From the NCBI GenBank assembly GCA_041736175.1, contig JBGSUI010000191.1:32001-96000 (forward strand): a stretch of DNA of 64,000 nt, given 5' to 3'. The DNA comes from Oligoflexales bacterium (GTDB lineage Bacteria; Bdellovibrionota_B; Oligoflexia; Oligoflexales; CAIYRB01). Shown here piece by piece: positions 1 through 9,190 of this stretch; position 1 is the stretch's first letter, and every line of letters begins with the position of its first letter. Below the pieces are notes generated by a model. That model worked only from the letters and a program-made list of their open reading frames with translations. It had not been told where the DNA came from and made no database searches. The translations under genes and the position numbers were made by a program.

Positions 1-1791
1 GTTTTGCAGGGGATTCCAGATGGGTGGTAGGTCTGTCGAGTCCATGGTGTTTAGATCGCTCTCGCCGATGGGAACGTTGGAAATCTGTGTGGGTTTTTCT
101 ATATCTGTTTGATCCCAGAGGTCGGTGGCGATATCGGCAAACCGAGGCCACTCGGACTTACGAGATAGGGTTTGTCGTTGGTAAAGACCCTGCCAGGTGA
201 GCAGATCTCGGACCAAGATGGGTAGTTTTGCAAAACTTAGTCCCAATGATTTTTGCGGAGCTAACGGCATCGTAAAGGCGACAATACTTTTGAAAAAGTA
301 GGCCAGGGCATCTCCCTGGGTTCCAAGGGTGCCACCTATCTGCTTGCCACCGATGGATGGAAGGAGGGTCACCCAATCTTTACGGGTATGAACATGCTCA
401 CAGGCTGCGACTTTGAATGCCCCATTCTTAGGTAGCAGACGCCCAAGACAGCGGCACATCTCAAAATAGTCGATTTGGGTATTGAGGGGAGCCAGCCATA
501 CATTCCCAAGGGGAGTCTCATCATTGGTAGGAGAGCCTGATGGATCTTTGACTTGATGGGTGGTCGGACAAAACCGCTCTGCTTGGGTGCTGTCACCTCC
601 GGCGATAATCAGCAGATCTCGCGTTGTGTCGAGGGTTTTACCTTGGTCGATAAAATCCTTACGCTCCATGGTAAACCCTAAGGTGTCGAGAGAGGCCATA
701 AGGGGACCTAAGGGATCTTCTAAGGACTGTTCTCCCGAGTTTTCGGCGATGACCATAATATTTTGCTTTTTGCTACTATAATAGGCATAAAATCGATCAT
801 CTAATAGGATTTGATTCTCGATTTTAGGTTGTTGGTCAGCGATCTGGAAGACCACAAATGGGTTTGTCCCCTGAAGACTGCCCTTAGGGGGTGGAGTGGT
901 TTGCCAGTCAACACGGTATGTTTGGCGTTTTCGTCCGGGACTCATGGCAAAACGATGTTCTTTGATCGTTTGATTTTCATAAACGACCTGAAGAGTTCCT
1001 TGATACTCCCCCTCGTCAAAGGTTCGAGAAATCTCGATATCCCACTCAGAGGATGTGGACCCGGGCGAAGCCTGAAGCTGGGTCAACATCTGTGCATTGT
1101 TGATATAGAGGTTGCCACCTCCACTCTGGGGCTTTGAGGTGTCGACGAGGTAGACTTCGGCTTCGTCTCTTAAAAAATTCCAGTTAAAGTCAATCCAGGT
1201 GTGTTGGTCTCTGTCAGAAACGATATAGATATGATCGACGTCAACTCCCAATGCCATGGTTTTTTTAATAGCCTCACCCAACTTTAAGCCTGCCCGATGA
1301 AAATCTAAGGTTTGGAGCATTCTATCGAAATCTTCGCAGTGATCGAAGGAGTATACCTCTTTTTTATGGCTTGTGGCCCCCTGAACTTTTCCGTTGCCGA
1401 TAAGCTGATCGCAGGTTGCTTTAACAAGAATTTTTAGATCTTCGAGGGAGATATGGCGGCTGACCGAGGGGCTAAAGTCGACAAATATAAGATGTTTTGA
1501 CTGATTAGGGTCAAAGGTCCGAAAGATTTGCGATTTTGGTTTGGTCGATAAGAATAACAGGGCACCTAAGATCCCTAAGAAACATAAAAAAGCGACCAGG
1601 GGAGGCACTCTGATCATAATTTTGGGTAAAATCCGCGATTCAAGTGGCAAAATCCGAATCGTTGGCAACCAAATACGGTCTTCTTTTCTGCGAACAATCC
1701 ACCATAAAAATCCAGCTACTAAGCAGGTTCCCAAGAGTCCCATGGTGAACATCGTGGGTGTATACATTAAGGGACCTAATGTTTCGCCCAT
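1..1791 (-). CDS. BatA-like membrane-anchored vWA-domain protein, 3' end runs off the window (>=597 aa); missing from the ORF track
   Basis: Hand translation from the ATG at 1791 (TAATG overlap with the DUF58 stop): MGETLGPLMYTPTMFTMGLLGTCLVAGFLWWIVRR..., two N-terminal hydrophobic helices, MIDAS-like IFVDFSPSV and IYIVSD; frame open to position 1; third gene of a MoxR-DUF58 operon. Confidence 0.8.
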   Translation of the reverse strand, partial: MGETLGPLMYTPTMFTMGLLGTCLVAGFLWWIVRRKEDRIWLPTIRILPLESRILPKIMIRVPPLVAFLCFLGILGALLFLSTKPKSQIFRTFDPNQSKHLIFVDFSPSVSRHISLEDLKILVKATCDQLIGNGKVQGATSHKKEVYSFDHCEDFDRMLQTLDFHRAGLKLGEAIKKTMALGVDVDHIYIVSDRDQHTWIDFNWNFLRDEAEVYLVDTSKPQSGGGNLYINNAQMLTQLQASPGSTSSEWDIEISRTFDEGEYQGTLQVVYENQTIKEHRFAMSPGRKRQTYRVDWQTTPPPKGSLQGTNPFVVFQIADQQPKIENQILLDDRFYAYYSSKKQNIMVIAENSGEQSLEDPLGPLMASLDTLGFTMERKDFIDQGKTLDTTRDLLIIAGGDSTQAERFCPTTHQVKDPSGSPTNDETPLGNVWLAPLNTQIDYFEMCRCLGRLLPKNGAFKVAACEHVHTRKDWVTLLPSIGGKQIGGTLGTQGDALAYFFKSIVAFTMPLAPQKSLGLSFAKLPILVRDLLTWQGLYQRQTLSRKSEWPRFADIATDLWDQTDIEKPTQISNVPIGESDLNTMDSTDLPPIWNPLQN

Positions 1792-2801
1792 TAAGAAGCT
1801 CCAACATTAGAAGATACATTTAAGCTTTTGAAGTAATCAAAGATCATTTTAGTAAAGAGGTCGATTCGGGTGTCGTTGGTCACCAAAAAGTAGGAGGCGT
1901 TGGTGTGATTCAGAGACTTTCTTATATCCTCCCTCCAATGGTCAAGTTCCTTTTGGTACCATTGATTTTCCAGGAGAGTATGGCCCAGGTACTGCTTTTT
2001 GATATGGGTTTCGTCGTAATAAAGGGCCTGGCTGCTCACCCAAGAAATATCAGCCTCTAGAGAACTCAGTAAGTGTAGCATGAGTTGTTTGCGAGCGAAT
2101 CCAAGGAAGAGTTTGAAATCAGCATCTCCCAGGCCATCTCCTATCCAATAGCCAAGGTCATGGCGGGTCCTTTCCAGGTGGGCTTGGTGGAAGACTCGGG
2201 AGGTGAGTGTCCCGTTAAATCTCTCAGTTTCTAGTTCTGTAAAAAGTTGTCTAAGCTCGGTGATCGATTTGGGTTGCAACCGGGCAGAGGGGCTAAGGTC
2301 GCGGTCCTTTACGACAGCCCAGATTTGGACTTCGTCGCCCATCTTTAGGTGTAGAGAACCTAGAAAAAAGCCGATACGCAAAGCGATTTCAGATTTCTTT
2401 GGGACTGTATTGGCTAGACTCCGCTGCTTGAGGTCCTCGGGAGGCCAATTCATGGACTCGCTTAGGTCGATGCCGATCAGCACTTTGGCCGTCGACTCGT
2501 CCCGGACTTGGCGAATCAGAAGCTGGTCAGTCCTTGCAAACGCACGCCAGTCGATCGCCTGGATGGGATCTCCAGGGGAGTAAAGGCGGGTTGTTTCAAT
2601 CAGACGCGACGGTCTACGCAAGGGGTTTAGAAAGCTACCCATAGGTTTAGAGCTAGCTTTAAGAAACGAGCTATGGAGGTCTTCCCCCAGATCCGGTGTC
2701 AAGGAGGCCAGGGTTGCTTTTTTTTCAGCTGTTTCGAGAGCGTTACCTTTGGTCACAAGATCACCCAATCCCAAGGGCGAGGTTTTTTTGGGTTTCTTCA
2801 A
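1791..2801 (-). CDS. DUF58 family protein (vWA-like, MoxR-associated)
   Basis: RLYSPGDPIQAIDWRAFARTDQLLIRQ and IDLSESM motifs; directly follows the MoxR gene. Confidence 0.88.
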   Translation of the reverse strand: MKKPKKTSPLGLGDLVTKGNALETAEKKATLASLTPDLGEDLHSSFLKASSKPMGSFLNPLRRPSRLIETTRLYSPGDPIQAIDWRAFARTDQLLIRQVRDESTAKVLIGIDLSESMNWPPEDLKQRSLANTVPKKSEIALRIGFFLGSLHLKMGDEVQIWAVVKDRDLSPSARLQPKSITELRQLFTELETERFNGTLTSRVFHQAHLERTRHDLGYWIGDGLGDADFKLFLGFARKQLMLHLLSSLEADISWVSSQALYYDETHIKKQYLGHTLLENQWYQKELDHWREDIRKSLNHTNASYFLVTNDTRIDLFTKMIFDYFKSLNVSSNVGAS

Positions 2802-3834
2802 ATCGGTTCATGATTTCGGAAATGATCTTATCCTCGTTAAAGCCTTCTCTCATAGCTTGGGCGGTCAAACGAATCCGGTGACGGAGGACGGGGTAGGCCA
2901 TGCGCTTGATGTGTTTCCAGGTGACAGATTCGCTCGCTTCTACGACCGCAAAGGCTTTGGCCATAGAAATAAGCGCGATTCCCGCCCGTGGTCCTGCTCC
3001 ATACCAAATCATAGATTTTAGTTTGTCCGGGCACTGGATTTCATGGGGACGGGTATAACGGATGAGTTGGGCAATCCCTTGGACGAGACCGTCATCGATT
3101 CGGGTACCCCGAGTCAGCGCCATGAGCCTTTGAATCGAATCGGGGGCGACCGATGGTCCCGCCTTGAGAGATTCTGTAAACTGTTCACCAATGAGTTCGC
3201 CCTTTGCATGTTCTTTGAGGATCGTGGTCTCTGACTCCAGGTCGGGGTAGTCCACGAGGGAGTGAACCAAGAAGCGGTCCAACTGGGCCTCAGGTAGGGG
3301 GAAGGTCCCCTCCGATTCATAGGGGTTTTGCGTTGCAAAGACCATAAAGGGTGGAGGTAGCTTGTTGCGTTTGCCGCCGACGGTCACAAATCGTTCTTGC
3401 ATTGCTTCTAGCAGTGCAGACTGGGTTCTCGGAGAGGCTCGGTTGATCTCATCGGCTAGGAGTAGGTTGGTAAAAATAGGGCCAGGGGCAAAACTAAAGG
3501 CTCGGTGGCCTGTCGTCGGGTCGAGGTTTAAGATGTCTGAACCTACGATGTCCGATGGCAAGAGGTCTGGGGTAAATTGGATTCTTGAAAACTGAAGTCC
3601 TAACTGGTGGGCAAAAACTCTGACTAAGGTTGTCTTTGCGAGGCCAGGAGCCCCCGTCATGAGGATATGGCCACCTGCGAGAAAAGCGCAAAGGGTTTCG
3701 GTGATCAGGTTTTCTTGGCCAAAGATGGCTCCCATAGTCTGGGATTTGATCTGCAGGAGGATATGGTGGGTCTCCTCGCGGCTAAGGGCCGGACCAGACT
3801 GTGAGTCTTGGGTGTTTATACCTAATCCAGACAT
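2761..3834 (-). CDS. moxR: MoxR family AAA+ ATPase
   Basis: Walker A GAPGLAKT, RIQFTPDLLPSD, Walker B LLADEINRASPRTQSALLEAM, ATQNP, LPEAQLDRF. Confidence 0.96.
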   Translation of the reverse strand: MSGLGINTQDSQSGPALSREETHHILLQIKSQTMGAIFGQENLITETLCAFLAGGHILMTGAPGLAKTTLVRVFAHQLGLQFSRIQFTPDLLPSDIVGSDILNLDPTTGHRAFSFAPGPIFTNLLLADEINRASPRTQSALLEAMQERFVTVGGKRNKLPPPFMVFATQNPYESEGTFPLPEAQLDRFLVHSLVDYPDLESETTILKEHAKGELIGEQFTESLKAGPSVAPDSIQRLMALTRGTRIDDGLVQGIAQLIRYTRPHEIQCPDKLKSMIWYGAGPRAGIALISMAKAFAVVEASESVTWKHIKRMAYPVLRHRIRLTAQAMREGFNEDKIISEIMNRFEETQKNLALGIG

Positions 3835-3914
3835 GGCGATCTCCTAGGTCTCAGGGGCATGTAGACAATTAACTCCATTATACTCATATGCCTGAGGAGA
3901 CGCCGAGATTAAAT

Positions 3915-4808
3915 TTAGGTGCCTGTCCCCGTGCCGGTCGATGTCCCAGTCCCTGATGAAGTTGCCGTTCCCGTGGACACTCCCGTGCTGGTTGTGGTTC
4001 CGGTGCTTGTTGCTGTGTTAGTCCCTGAAGATGTGGTGGGCTTATAACCGAGGTTTTCCATGGTTACTTTTGGACAAGAGTCTGCAGGAGCGCCAGCGGC
4101 TGATTTTTCTCCAAGCCAAATCGATTTATAAACTGCGTTTTGATTGATGTTTGCAAAGTGAAGTGTCGTTTTTCCAACTCCATCGGTGGAACACCCATAT
4201 AAGATCAAGCCTTCTCCCGAAAATTTAGCGAATTCTGGCTCTAGCTTTGATTTATAGCTTGGGAATTTTTCCAAAACTCCCGACTGGGTGCAGCAGAAGG
4301 CGGCAAGGCTTTCTCCACAAGATCCTGATTTACCTGGATTGGCCTTGTTGACCGCAATCCAGATCTTTCCCTGTTCGGCGCATCCGGTGAGTCCAAGACC
4401 GGGGGTCCAGGCAGTTCCATCACCCGATGGAGGAGTCCCACCAGGGCTTGCCGTACCCCCACCAGGTGCCCCAGAGTCAGTCGGGGCGGGTTTATTGGTA
4501 GGAGCGCATTGGGTGGCGGGTTGGCCCACTTGGGGACCTGTGCCCGTTTGGCCTTGGGTGGTCCCTGCATCCGCGGTCTCGCCCGGGGCATCGTTTGCCG
4601 GTGCGGCCTCATCCCCTTGGGTCAAGCAGGCAGGATCGATGGACGGAGACTGGGGCTTGGCGTCAACTTTTGTCCCTGTTGCGACGGGAGCTGCGGCCCC
4701 TTTATCTTTTTTCTTAGAGCCACCATCGCAGGCTGAAAAAACCCCGAGATGGATGGTTGTAAAAGCGAGAAAAAATCCAACGGCGTTATTGTTTTTCACA
4801 ACTTTCAT
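3915..4808 (-). CDS. Cys-rich lipoprotein with Pro/Gly linker and Ser/Thr/Gly C-terminal tail
   Basis: Lipobox FSAC after a hydrophobic stretch; several Cys; tail TTSSGTNTATSTGTTTSTG...GTGT. Confidence 0.75.
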   Translation of the reverse strand: MKVVKNNNAVGFFLAFTTIHLGVFSACDGGSKKKDKGAAAPVATGTKVDAKPQSPSIDPACLTQGDEAAPANDAPGETADAGTTQGQTGTGPQVGQPATQCAPTNKPAPTDSGAPGGGTASPGGTPPSGDGTAWTPGLGLTGCAEQGKIWIAVNKANPGKSGSCGESLAAFCCTQSGVLEKFPSYKSKLEPEFAKFSGEGLILYGCSTDGVGKTTLHFANINQNAVYKSIWLGEKSAAGAPADSCPKVTMENLGYKPTTSSGTNTATSTGTTTSTGVSTGTATSSGTGTSTGTGTGT

Positions 4809-4853
4809 ATTGGTCTCCGTTTTCCTGGTGAGGTTATCTTGGCTGATATCAGT

Positions 4854-4880
4854 CTATCGGCCAAATTCCTTGGTATCTTA
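4854..4880 (-). promoter_or_regulatory. sigma28/FliA-type promoter (proximal)
   Basis: TAAG-N15-GCCGATAG versus consensus TAAA-N15-GCCGATAA; upstream of the ATG at 4808. Confidence 0.65.
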
Positions 4881-4884
4881 ACTC

Positions 4885-4911
4885 CTATCGGTCTGATGGT
4901 TGAAAAACTCA
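4885..4911 (-). promoter_or_regulatory. sigma28/FliA-type promoter (distal, tandem)
   Basis: TGAG-N15-ACCGATAG. Confidence 0.45.
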
Positions 4912-5089
4912 AATGCTCCCTTTAATCGTTCAAAAATATTAACTAAGTTTTGTTTCATAAACGATGACTTTGAAGTGGGTGTGTTAAGTAAACGTGGAGG
5001 ACTGATATGTGGGGCTTTTGTACCCAAAGTTTGTCATTTGCAAATCCCTCGGACCTTATGCCATACCTTTGGGGACACAGAGGTCGCCG

Positions 5090-5104
5090 TGAGGCATTGC
5101 CTCA
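5090..5104. promoter_or_regulatory. 15-bp palindrome, candidate operator upstream of the Flp pilin
   Basis: TGAGGCA-T-TGCCTCA, 35 nt before the ATG at 5140. Confidence 0.35.
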
Positions 5105-5139
5105 ATTTCTAACCCCATCTGTCACAAAAGGATCTATTT

Positions 5140-5379
5140 ATGAAGCGAATTGTTGTCAAAATGTTGAGGTTTCACCAAGGAATCACAGCTAAAAAATCCC
5201 AGTTTGGTGGGGCTGCCTTAGAGTACATTATGGTCACCACCTTTGCGGCTATTATTGGGATCGCGGCCCTAAGTTATACCGGTAAAGCCATAAAAGAGCA
5301 GCTCAAACGCTTAGGCGAACAGATGGGGATTACGGAAGAACCCGAAATCAACTTGCCATTTACCAACAGCACAAATTAA
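5140..5379 (+). CDS. flp: Flp/Fap family type IVb pilin
   Basis: Basic leader, G|xxxxEY motif (GGAALEYIMV), hydrophobic helix, 79 aa. Confidence 0.75.
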   Translation: MKRIVVKMLRFHQGITAKKSQFGGAALEYIMVTTFAAIIGIAALSYTGKAIKEQLKRLGEQMGITEEPEINLPFTNSTN

Positions 5380-5422
5380 TGATTTACAAATTATAAACAT
5401 TTATAGATTTAGTTGGGTTTCA

Positions 5423-5812
5423 ATGGAAGGACTTTGGTTTCCATGGATGGGCATTTTGTGGACTCTAGCCATGCTTGGCTCTTCGAATTTGGAGCGGCAA
5501 GACCTTGGCTTGCGTCATTTTAAAATGCTCCACTTCCGCGCAACTTTTATGGCAAATCCGCTTAAAGCCAGGAACGAACTTTGTCGGGACGAAAAGTCCA
5601 ATCCTACAAAGGCGACTCTGTTACCTATCTGTTTTATCCAAGTCACCGTACGGGAGAGTGGCGTGGCACAGGATATTTGCCAAGCCGACTTAGGGAGGGC
5701 TGAAGAAACCCTTCCTGGACCCCGTTGGTACGTGATCCAATGGGTCTGTACTGAGAAAAAGGGGGCGGGTTTGAGCGCGTCTCCTCGGCTCAGTTTTAGA
5801 ATAAAACGTTAA
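5423..5812 (+). CDS. hypothetical exported/membrane protein
   Basis: 129-aa ORF with N-terminal hydrophobic segment and 4 Cys; fills the gap between flp and the convergent gene. Confidence 0.45.
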   Translation: MEGLWFPWMGILWTLAMLGSSNLERQDLGLRHFKMLHFRATFMANPLKARNELCRDEKSNPTKATLLPICFIQVTVRESGVAQDICQADLGRAEETLPGPRWYVIQWVCTEKKGAGLSASPRLSFRIKR

Positions 5813-5826
5813 GGATAGGGAGGGGG

Positions 5827-6141
5827 CTAATCCTCCTCTTCCGATTGGTTGATATGCTCTATGTGATCGATAAGAGCCTCTTCATTGGTCACTCGACCGA
5901 TGCCTGACTGCTCGCAAAAGGCGACGATTGAGTCGATCAGGCGCGAAAGTTTTTCTTCTTCAGCACCTAGGGCGGCTATAGCAATTCCGTGGGCTTCTGA
6001 CCGCTGGTTCCCACTGGTACAGGCTGCACACACCTTAAAGCGGCCTCTGATTTTTTCAGCAAGCCGCTTGAGGTCGGTCGTTAAGTCTTGACCCTTCGCG
6101 GATTCCGACTCGATATAAATATGACTCACTGCAAAATACAC
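5827..6141 (-). CDS. DUF503 (YlxP-like) family protein
   Basis: Probable GTG start at 6141 behind AAGGA; LKRLAEKIRGRFKVCAA...IAIAALG...IDSIVAFCE pattern. Confidence 0.6.
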   Translation of the reverse strand: MYFAVSHIYIESESAKGQDLTTDLKRLAEKIRGRFKVCAACTSGNQRSEAHGIAIAALGAEEEKLSRLIDSIVAFCEQSGIGRVTNEEALIDHIEHINQSEEED

Positions 6142-6148
6142 GGGGTCC

Positions 6149-6553
6149 TTAAAGTGTGATCGATAGGGTGGTCGTGGGAGCGTCCTGCTGATAAACCAAA
6201 ATTTCCCAAGCTCCATCCATCATAAAATTAATCTCTTCCACTCTTACGCACTCTCCAGTCGCGGAAACCAACTTTGTAGGAGAGCTTCCATGTCCCATAT
6301 CGGGCATAAAAAGCCTCACTCGCTTAACTTGCGGGGCGTTTTGGAGACAGAGGGAGCCTTGATAAATCCCCGCGCCTTGGACTGGGGTGTCGAATTTAAG
6401 TCTCACCGATCCATGGGGTTCAGATCGACTTTCTAGAATGGTCTCGGAATCATCTGTTCGGTCACACCGACAGTCCTGTCCAAGGGCTTGGGAAGTCGCT
6501 AGGGAGGATATGATAAGCCCCCCCAAAACACTGGTAAGTATGCGGCGTTTCAT
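6149..6553 (-). CDS. YtkA/FixH-like exported protein
   Basis: Signal peptide; LFMPDMGHGSSP and INFMMDGAWEI motifs. Confidence 0.7.
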   Translation of the reverse strand: MKRRILTSVLGGLIISSLATSQALGQDCRCDRTDDSETILESRSEPHGSVRLKFDTPVQGAGIYQGSLCLQNAPQVKRVRLFMPDMGHGSSPTKLVSATGECVRVEEINFMMDGAWEILVYQQDAPTTTLSITL

Positions 6554-6611
6554 TCTATTTCCTTTTATTTCAAGAAGTTATAAGATGGCTTGGGGATCAA
6601 ACAGCAAAGGT

Positions 6612-7037
6612 CTAGACCTTTTTAAGCCACGATTTGCACCAGCCTTCCCCATGGACGGGTCCTGCTGGAATCATGAGGCATTTTCCGGCCTCTGCACCGT
6701 TGATGGCAGTTCCAGCCGTGTAGAATTGACAGTTTGTACATTTCTGGTCTTTGCCCTCGATTTCGCCTTTTTTAGGACGTTCGGCCTTGGAGGCATCAGC
6801 CACATACCCAAGAGCCTTGGCTGTGGGGTCGGATTCGGAAACAAAGTTTGCGGCCCCAGCAGCTTTACCGGCATCGGCTCCCGTCGAGGTACTGGTCCCT
6901 GTCCCAGAACCGGTACTTGGCTGTGCGAGTGCAGCGCAGGCAAGGGCAGCCGTTGGGCCAGCAATTGCCAAATTTTTGAGAAAATCTCTACGGCTAGAGG
7001 TTAGGTTGGTTTTTAAATCGGCCATGATCGACTCCAT
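6612..7037 (-). CDS. High-potential iron-sulfur protein (HiPIP), Tat-exported
   Basis: Tat motif SRRDFLK; DPTAKALGY; CTNCQFY...C...GWCKSW four-Cys signature. Confidence 0.93.
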   Translation of the reverse strand: MESIMADLKTNLTSSRRDFLKNLAIAGPTAALACAALAQPSTGSGTGTSTSTGADAGKAAGAANFVSESDPTAKALGYVADASKAERPKKGEIEGKDQKCTNCQFYTAGTAINGAEAGKCLMIPAGPVHGEGWCKSWLKKV

Positions 7038-7213
7038 TGTAAGGATGGGGTTAAAGGAAAAAGGTTAACAATGAAAAAGCACCGTTTGCCAACAGCGCAC
7101 GCGACTATGGTCGGAGCGCGCCACAATGATAGCCTACCTGACGTCGACTTTAAACCACATTTAAAAGGCAGTTTTAGGAAAGGTCCTTTGCTCCTGCATA
7201 AACAGGCCACAAA

Positions 7214-8968
7214 TCACGCAGCCACATGGGTGCCTTCGAGTCGCGGTGCAAGGTCCAGGTCGATCACACCAGCGGCTTGGGGCCGATGGAGCAGAAAGCC
7301 TTGGATCAAGTCGATTCCCATAGACTTGAGGATTTCGGCTTCTTCCCAAAGTTCGACCCCTTCGGCTAAGATCGTCGATTTGGAAATCTGGGCAGCCCGT
7401 ACCAATCCATGAACGAAGGCCTGTTTAGGATGATCCTTGTGGATGTCCTGGATCAAACTCCGGTCTAGTTTGATCAGATCTGGCTTCATTCGAATAATCT
7501 GTTCTAACCCGTTATATCCTTTGCCAAAGTCATCGGCGGCGATCCGCATATCCATCTTTGCAAGGCTTTCTCTCACTTTGAGCATTAGATCTAGATTGCT
7601 GATTGCTTCTGATTCGGAGACTTCAAACATGATCCCCTTGCGCCCTTTAAGAAGTGGCCGGAGTCGATCTAAATTGTAAAGATTTCGTGGCAATATATTG
7701 AGAAGCAGGGTTCCAGGGAGTTTCGAAGAATGGCGGATAGCCTGCTGTAAACAGGCTTGGTCCAACTCTAAACCCACTCTAGCGGTGTGGGAAAGGGAGA
7801 AAAGAACGTCAGGTCGTAGGTAGCGGGACTCTAAATAGATGGGACCTGTGATGTCATAGATGGCATCAATTGCGTCGCCTTTGACCCGGATAAGTGACTC
7901 GAATCCAAAAAGAAGATTAAAGAGAGGTTTGATGCTTTTCTCGGCTTTCGACTGATCGACCATCTCTTTGGTAAGATTTTGGAGGTCAAAGACCGCTTGA
8001 TAATGGGGTTCCAGGAGCCCTGGGGTTTGGATAAGGGTCTGCATGAGTTCCCGCTGGCGATCGCGCATTCTTTTGACTTGGATGCGCGATTCCTCGACGG
8101 ACGATTCCAGGAGTTGTTCGATGACTTCGAGAGAATCCACGCAAGGGTTATAAATCGCCGTGCCAAAGCCAATGGCGATTTCCGGCACCACATGAATACA
8201 GTCGGGCATGATCCGTCGGGATTTTTCTACAAAAATCTCGCGCCAAAAAGAATTTTGGAGGCGGATGGCGAGACGGTCAGCGAGTTTTTCCAGGATTCCC
8301 GGAGCAGGAACTGAGTGGGAGGTCCGGGACTGTTCGAGAAAAATATAGTAGGAATTGGAATGGACTGACCTGCGGCAGAGGACGTCATTGGAGCGAAAAC
8401 AGCCGGCGGTTCCCCATTGGTCAAAAAGGATTTGGTTAAAACACTCCTGGACACGGTGGTAGACCTCGGCTCCGTATTCTAGAGCAATCTTACGAAAGCT
8501 AGAAGCATCGACCACCAGAATGCTCAGGGCGCCGTAATTCTGGAGCATATGGATAGGGACCTGGGGATTGTAAATCGGAATGACTTCGCGGTTAAGGCGT
8601 CTGTAGTCGATCCCGATGGCACCGCAGGCGTCAAGAACCGACAGGATCTCTTCGGGACTTGGATTTTCGAGCCAGGTTAGGGTAGACCCTGGGATTCTGC
8701 CCTTAGTGCTGAAGTCTCTGGTTGTCGAACCCAGGACCACGACAGGTATCCGTCGCCCCAGGGTGGTGATCATATCGATCCAAGGGCCGTCAGGAAGATC
8801 GGTCGCTGGATCCACCACGGCCGCTGTCACGTCCGGACTGTAGAGCTGGCTCAGACCCAACGTCAGGTTTTTAGATTCGCATATCCTAAAGGCAATCCCA
8901 TGGGACTTGAGTAGCTCCTCAAGCTTTGCTACGAGTTCGCTCTGAAGGGATAAAACTGCTATGGTCAC
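7214..8968 (-). CDS. EAL-domain c-di-GMP phosphodiesterase with degenerate REC-like and GGDEF-like domains
   Basis: GFESLIR, LLNI, FEVSE, DDFGKGY, IKLDRS, AEGVE, QGFL; the GGDEF position reads RRSVHSNSY. Confidence 0.88.
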   Translation of the reverse strand: MTIAVLSLQSELVAKLEELLKSHGIAFRICESKNLTLGLSQLYSPDVTAAVVDPATDLPDGPWIDMITTLGRRIPVVVLGSTTRDFSTKGRIPGSTLTWLENPSPEEILSVLDACGAIGIDYRRLNREVIPIYNPQVPIHMLQNYGALSILVVDASSFRKIALEYGAEVYHRVQECFNQILFDQWGTAGCFRSNDVLCRRSVHSNSYYIFLEQSRTSHSVPAPGILEKLADRLAIRLQNSFWREIFVEKSRRIMPDCIHVVPEIAIGFGTAIYNPCVDSLEVIEQLLESSVEESRIQVKRMRDRQRELMQTLIQTPGLLEPHYQAVFDLQNLTKEMVDQSKAEKSIKPLFNLLFGFESLIRVKGDAIDAIYDITGPIYLESRYLRPDVLFSLSHTARVGLELDQACLQQAIRHSSKLPGTLLLNILPRNLYNLDRLRPLLKGRKGIMFEVSESEAISNLDLMLKVRESLAKMDMRIAADDFGKGYNGLEQIIRMKPDLIKLDRSLIQDIHKDHPKQAFVHGLVRAAQISKSTILAEGVELWEEAEILKSMGIDLIQGFLLHRPQAAGVIDLDLAPRLEGTHVAA

Positions 8969-9068
8969 CGTGATTGCCTCTTATGTGAATCCAAAAATAA
9001 AATCGATATCAAAAGGTCTCCTACAGTCCATCGAGCTCCGATATGACTCATCGCCCTCCATAGGGATA

Positions 9069-9095
9069 CCATCGGAAAATATCCCTTAGAGATTA
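9069..9095 (-). promoter_or_regulatory. sigma28-type promoter of the EAL gene
   Basis: TAAT-N15-TCCGATGG. Confidence 0.4.
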
Positions 9096-9190
9096 GGGAA
9101 GGATTGATTCGCAATAAATATGTATATAAATATGGTAGGTTAGGTCGGCATCTCTTAACCCAAATAACGATCCACAAACCAGGAGTCTTT

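Noticed and set aside
5030..5105. GCAAATCCC...GGGGAC upstream of flp as a c-di-GMP riboswitch
   Set aside because: No tetraloop-capped P2 and no P3; only the short palindrome is supportable
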